A stretch of DNA of 64,000 nucleotides from assembly GCA_964187785.1 (NCBI GenBank), contig OZ076409.1, forward strand, positions 81,098,001 to 81,162,000, written 5' to 3'. Positions 61,253-64,000 of the stretch are shown in pieces; position 1 is the first letter of the stretch, and each line of letters begins with the position of its first letter. The position numbers and the translations under genes are program-made. The notes beneath the pieces are model-generated. The model was not told the origin of the DNA, made no database searches, and saw only the letters and a program-made list of their open reading frames with translations. The stretch is from Amphiscolops sp. MND2022. Lineage: Eukaryota.

Positions 61253-63179
61253 TGTTGTTACTGTCAATTTCTCTCTCCAGATTTGCTCTATCGGCTCGCG
61301 TCTATCCAAAAACTTCAAGTAATGGAATAATACAATTACTTCTGTATCGCAAAAATAACACTAACTAATTCAAATCGTTCAAACTAACTAAGATTCATCA
61401 ATCAAAGGAACAATCTCGGATTCAGCCAACTACGGTTCTTACACAAGTCCCGGACTTGTCAGCGAATCTATTCGGCTAGCGACAAAGTATTCTTCTAGAA
61501 GGGTCTCTTGTCTCCGCAAGACTCAACCTTCTTCTAGTCCCCTTACTCGCTCGTCGAGAAGCGCGAGTGTTAATCTGAACAAGTATCTTGTCTCCTCGAG
61601 ACTCAACTTTCTCTCAGCTATCTAACTCGGTTCTGTCTATTCGATTATATTCCAATTCCGCCTCAATTATATTTGTTCATCGCCCGCATTTTTGTTGTAC
61701 CGATGTCGCTCTTTTATTTGCATGTTTTTAACTTCATGTAGTTCCATTCCTTTTATGGCACGGCGGCGCCCTATTTATATTTCGGTCAGACATACTTCGC
61801 CGCCAACGACAAATAATTCAACACTGGTTGTACAAAGTTCACATTTCAATAATAATTCAAGTCACCCGAGATATTTCTAATATCGAGACAATCGTTCAAT
61901 GACCTTCAGTTACATGGTTTACATGCTCTCTACGTGTGAAGGTTACTTTTCCGTCCTTTTGGGCGCAATGCATCGCGAATCGTTCCGCCTGGCTGAATTG
62001 CATAAATTATCACCTAAAACGCTGATTTACATGTTTTATCATAAGTTTCTCTATATGTTCATGGGTTGCATCCAGAATGACCTTGAGGTCCATCGGTGAC
62101 CTTGAAGTTAATTGCCCTCATCCAAAGTTGTTACATGCCGAGTTATGTCATCCTAGGGTCAATGGTCTTCGAGTTACATGATATGCAAATGGTTTGTTTA
62201 CTTAAGGCGGCTACCCCCGCATGGGTTACAAATACGGTTCCGTTCACGTTATAAATCGACTACATTCATCATTCCGGTTCGTTTGAGATATTACAAGCCA
62301 AGGTCAAATGTCATTCATCGGTCGGGCCCGCGCGTCCGGTCCCGCGTGCCTCAAACAAACATTACTCTGCTCGTGGAGTATCGATCGATGTATCTTTCAT
62401 GTATATTACTTAGGGTTACTAGGTGAACATCTTGGGTAAGTTTCATGATCTTGGGGTCATCCGGTGGCTATTTACATAACGTTCGGGGTTTATTTACTTA
62501 GGGTCCGTACTCCTCCCACGTGCCTCGTAGGGTTCCGAAAACATTCCCAAACAGCCTAATATTACATGGGCTATCAATTCCATATATAATACGACTTATT
62601 CCGTGCTTGGCCGACGAGATCGTAGGGGGGTCGACCTATGTCACTTCCGGTGCTAATAGCGTGGGACTGGGGGGTTTTGGCTCGGTTCCGTTTTTATGGA
62701 TCAGTAGCATAACAGCTCAGGTATACGTGTGCCAAATTTCAAGTCTCTACGATTAATAGTCTTTGAGAAAAACCGTTTGGGGGGGGGTTTAAAGATTTGT
62801 GATGTTTGGTTTTTCCTAGTGTATCTTAGAATCTTTTCGGCCAAAAGTGGGACTTATTAAAATTCGCTCTCAGAGTTTCAACTTTTACTTCGCCAATTCG
62901 AATCATTTCATCGCTGACGTCACTCGCTAACTTATTAATTCTACCTAAGAACTTTCGTTTACTAAGTAAACATCAGGTTTGCCAAATGAGTTGTAATAAA
63001 ACACGCTATTGTCAGCCTTTTCAGCTGGTTTCACAATTACGACGATCTAGAAACATGATTAACGTAGTTCTGCCTAGCGTATGTACCTCGCGCAAAAGCA
63101 ATGGGTTTTCGTAGACGCCAAAAACTAAAATTTCCACACTCTTCCCTTCTGGACTTTTATTCTCCGAATAAACCTAACA
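61253..63179 (-). mobile_element. Long LTR-like family, copy 3 (putative 1.9-kb solo LTR)
   Basis: TGTT...AACA ends flanked by TCTTT/TCATT (4/5 TSD-like). Homologous to 29862-31481 and 565-990. No ORF with recognisable motifs, and no PBS or PPT outside. Confidence 0.55.
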
Positions 63180-64000
63180 TCATTATAGCTGGCTGAACCG
63201 TGGGATCTGGGTTAAACATAAACAATACAGTATGGATATAGGGTGGGGATAAGGTAGTCAAACATCAATAGCTCCGATGGTTCAAACTATCTACAATAAC
63301 TATGAACTAGCCTAACATCGACATTAAAGAAGACGATGAAAAATGCAATTTAAACATATAATCAGAAAAACACCGAAATCTCATTAAAAATAAATCTCTA
63401 AAGTAAATTTTGGGGTGGGCAACCAAGACAAAAAGTCTAGTTTAGGGTTCATAATATAGCGATGTGGGTTAAACAGGCGGTGGGTTTTTACGGGCTTACA
63501 GAGGAAAAGACAGGTTTAGCACTGGGGTGAGAGTTATGAGAAAGGGGATGTGGGTTTGCCCGTGGACACCGTACTAGAAAAATGGTTAGCGTCGGCGGTT
63601 TGGGATAACTCAATTTAACAGCATAATTTCAACAAGTGTATATAAAAAAACAATCGGACGGGCTGGGTTCTTAAAAAGAATAAAGTCAAAGACCATTCCC
63701 GAACTTCTGCATGTATTTTCTACTTATTACTGGGCAGCGAACAAAAACAAAAAAATTATATCTTCAATACTGTAACATCGTTCCTCCAAAATCTAACATG
63801 CCGTGCCATGCAGGAATTCAGCTAGTTTGGTCACATTGATGCAAGAAAAAAAAACTAGTTCAAAATTCAAAAAAATAGAAGTTGATGTTTGTAATTAATG
63901 ACTAATCTTTTGTCACCAACTTTCATTTGACATCTCACAATCTTTTGGGGAGGCATCTTGTGAACATATTGTCGTCACCCTATATGTCATCTTTTTCATC

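Overview
AT-rich, repeat-dominated eukaryotic (probably invertebrate animal) genomic DNA. I see no prokaryotic operons, rRNA, intact tRNA or CRISPR array. Best-supported content: (1) A young, structurally complete 5,020-bp Ty3/Gypsy (Mag-like) LTR retrotransposon on the minus strand (14593-19612). It has 168-bp LTRs differing at one base, a TTCTG target-site duplication, a tRNA-Ser-like PBS, a PPT, and a single gag-pol frame broken by two 1-nt deletions and one TGA. Its likely gag ATG is formed by the last LTR base plus the TG of the PBS. (2) An older, 5'-truncated Gypsy relic (49467-~53820). (3) Two abundant non-autonomous families with Helentron/HINE (DINE-1-like) architecture. They have different subterminal inverted repeats but the same CTTGTT 3' end, carry internal tandem arrays, and have tRNA-derived segments within or next to some copies. 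(4) A three-copy, ~1.6-1.9 kb LTR-like family, several MITE/foldback elements (often nested), and a CR1/L2-type LINE remnant. (5) One plausible host gene on the plus strand (exons 54523/54533-54804, 55492-56037, 56599-56683). It needs a GC-AG intron and encodes a ~300-aa basic, Ser-rich protein with repeated R/KxxSF motifs. All alignments were made by eye, so boundaries of degenerate repeats are approximate.
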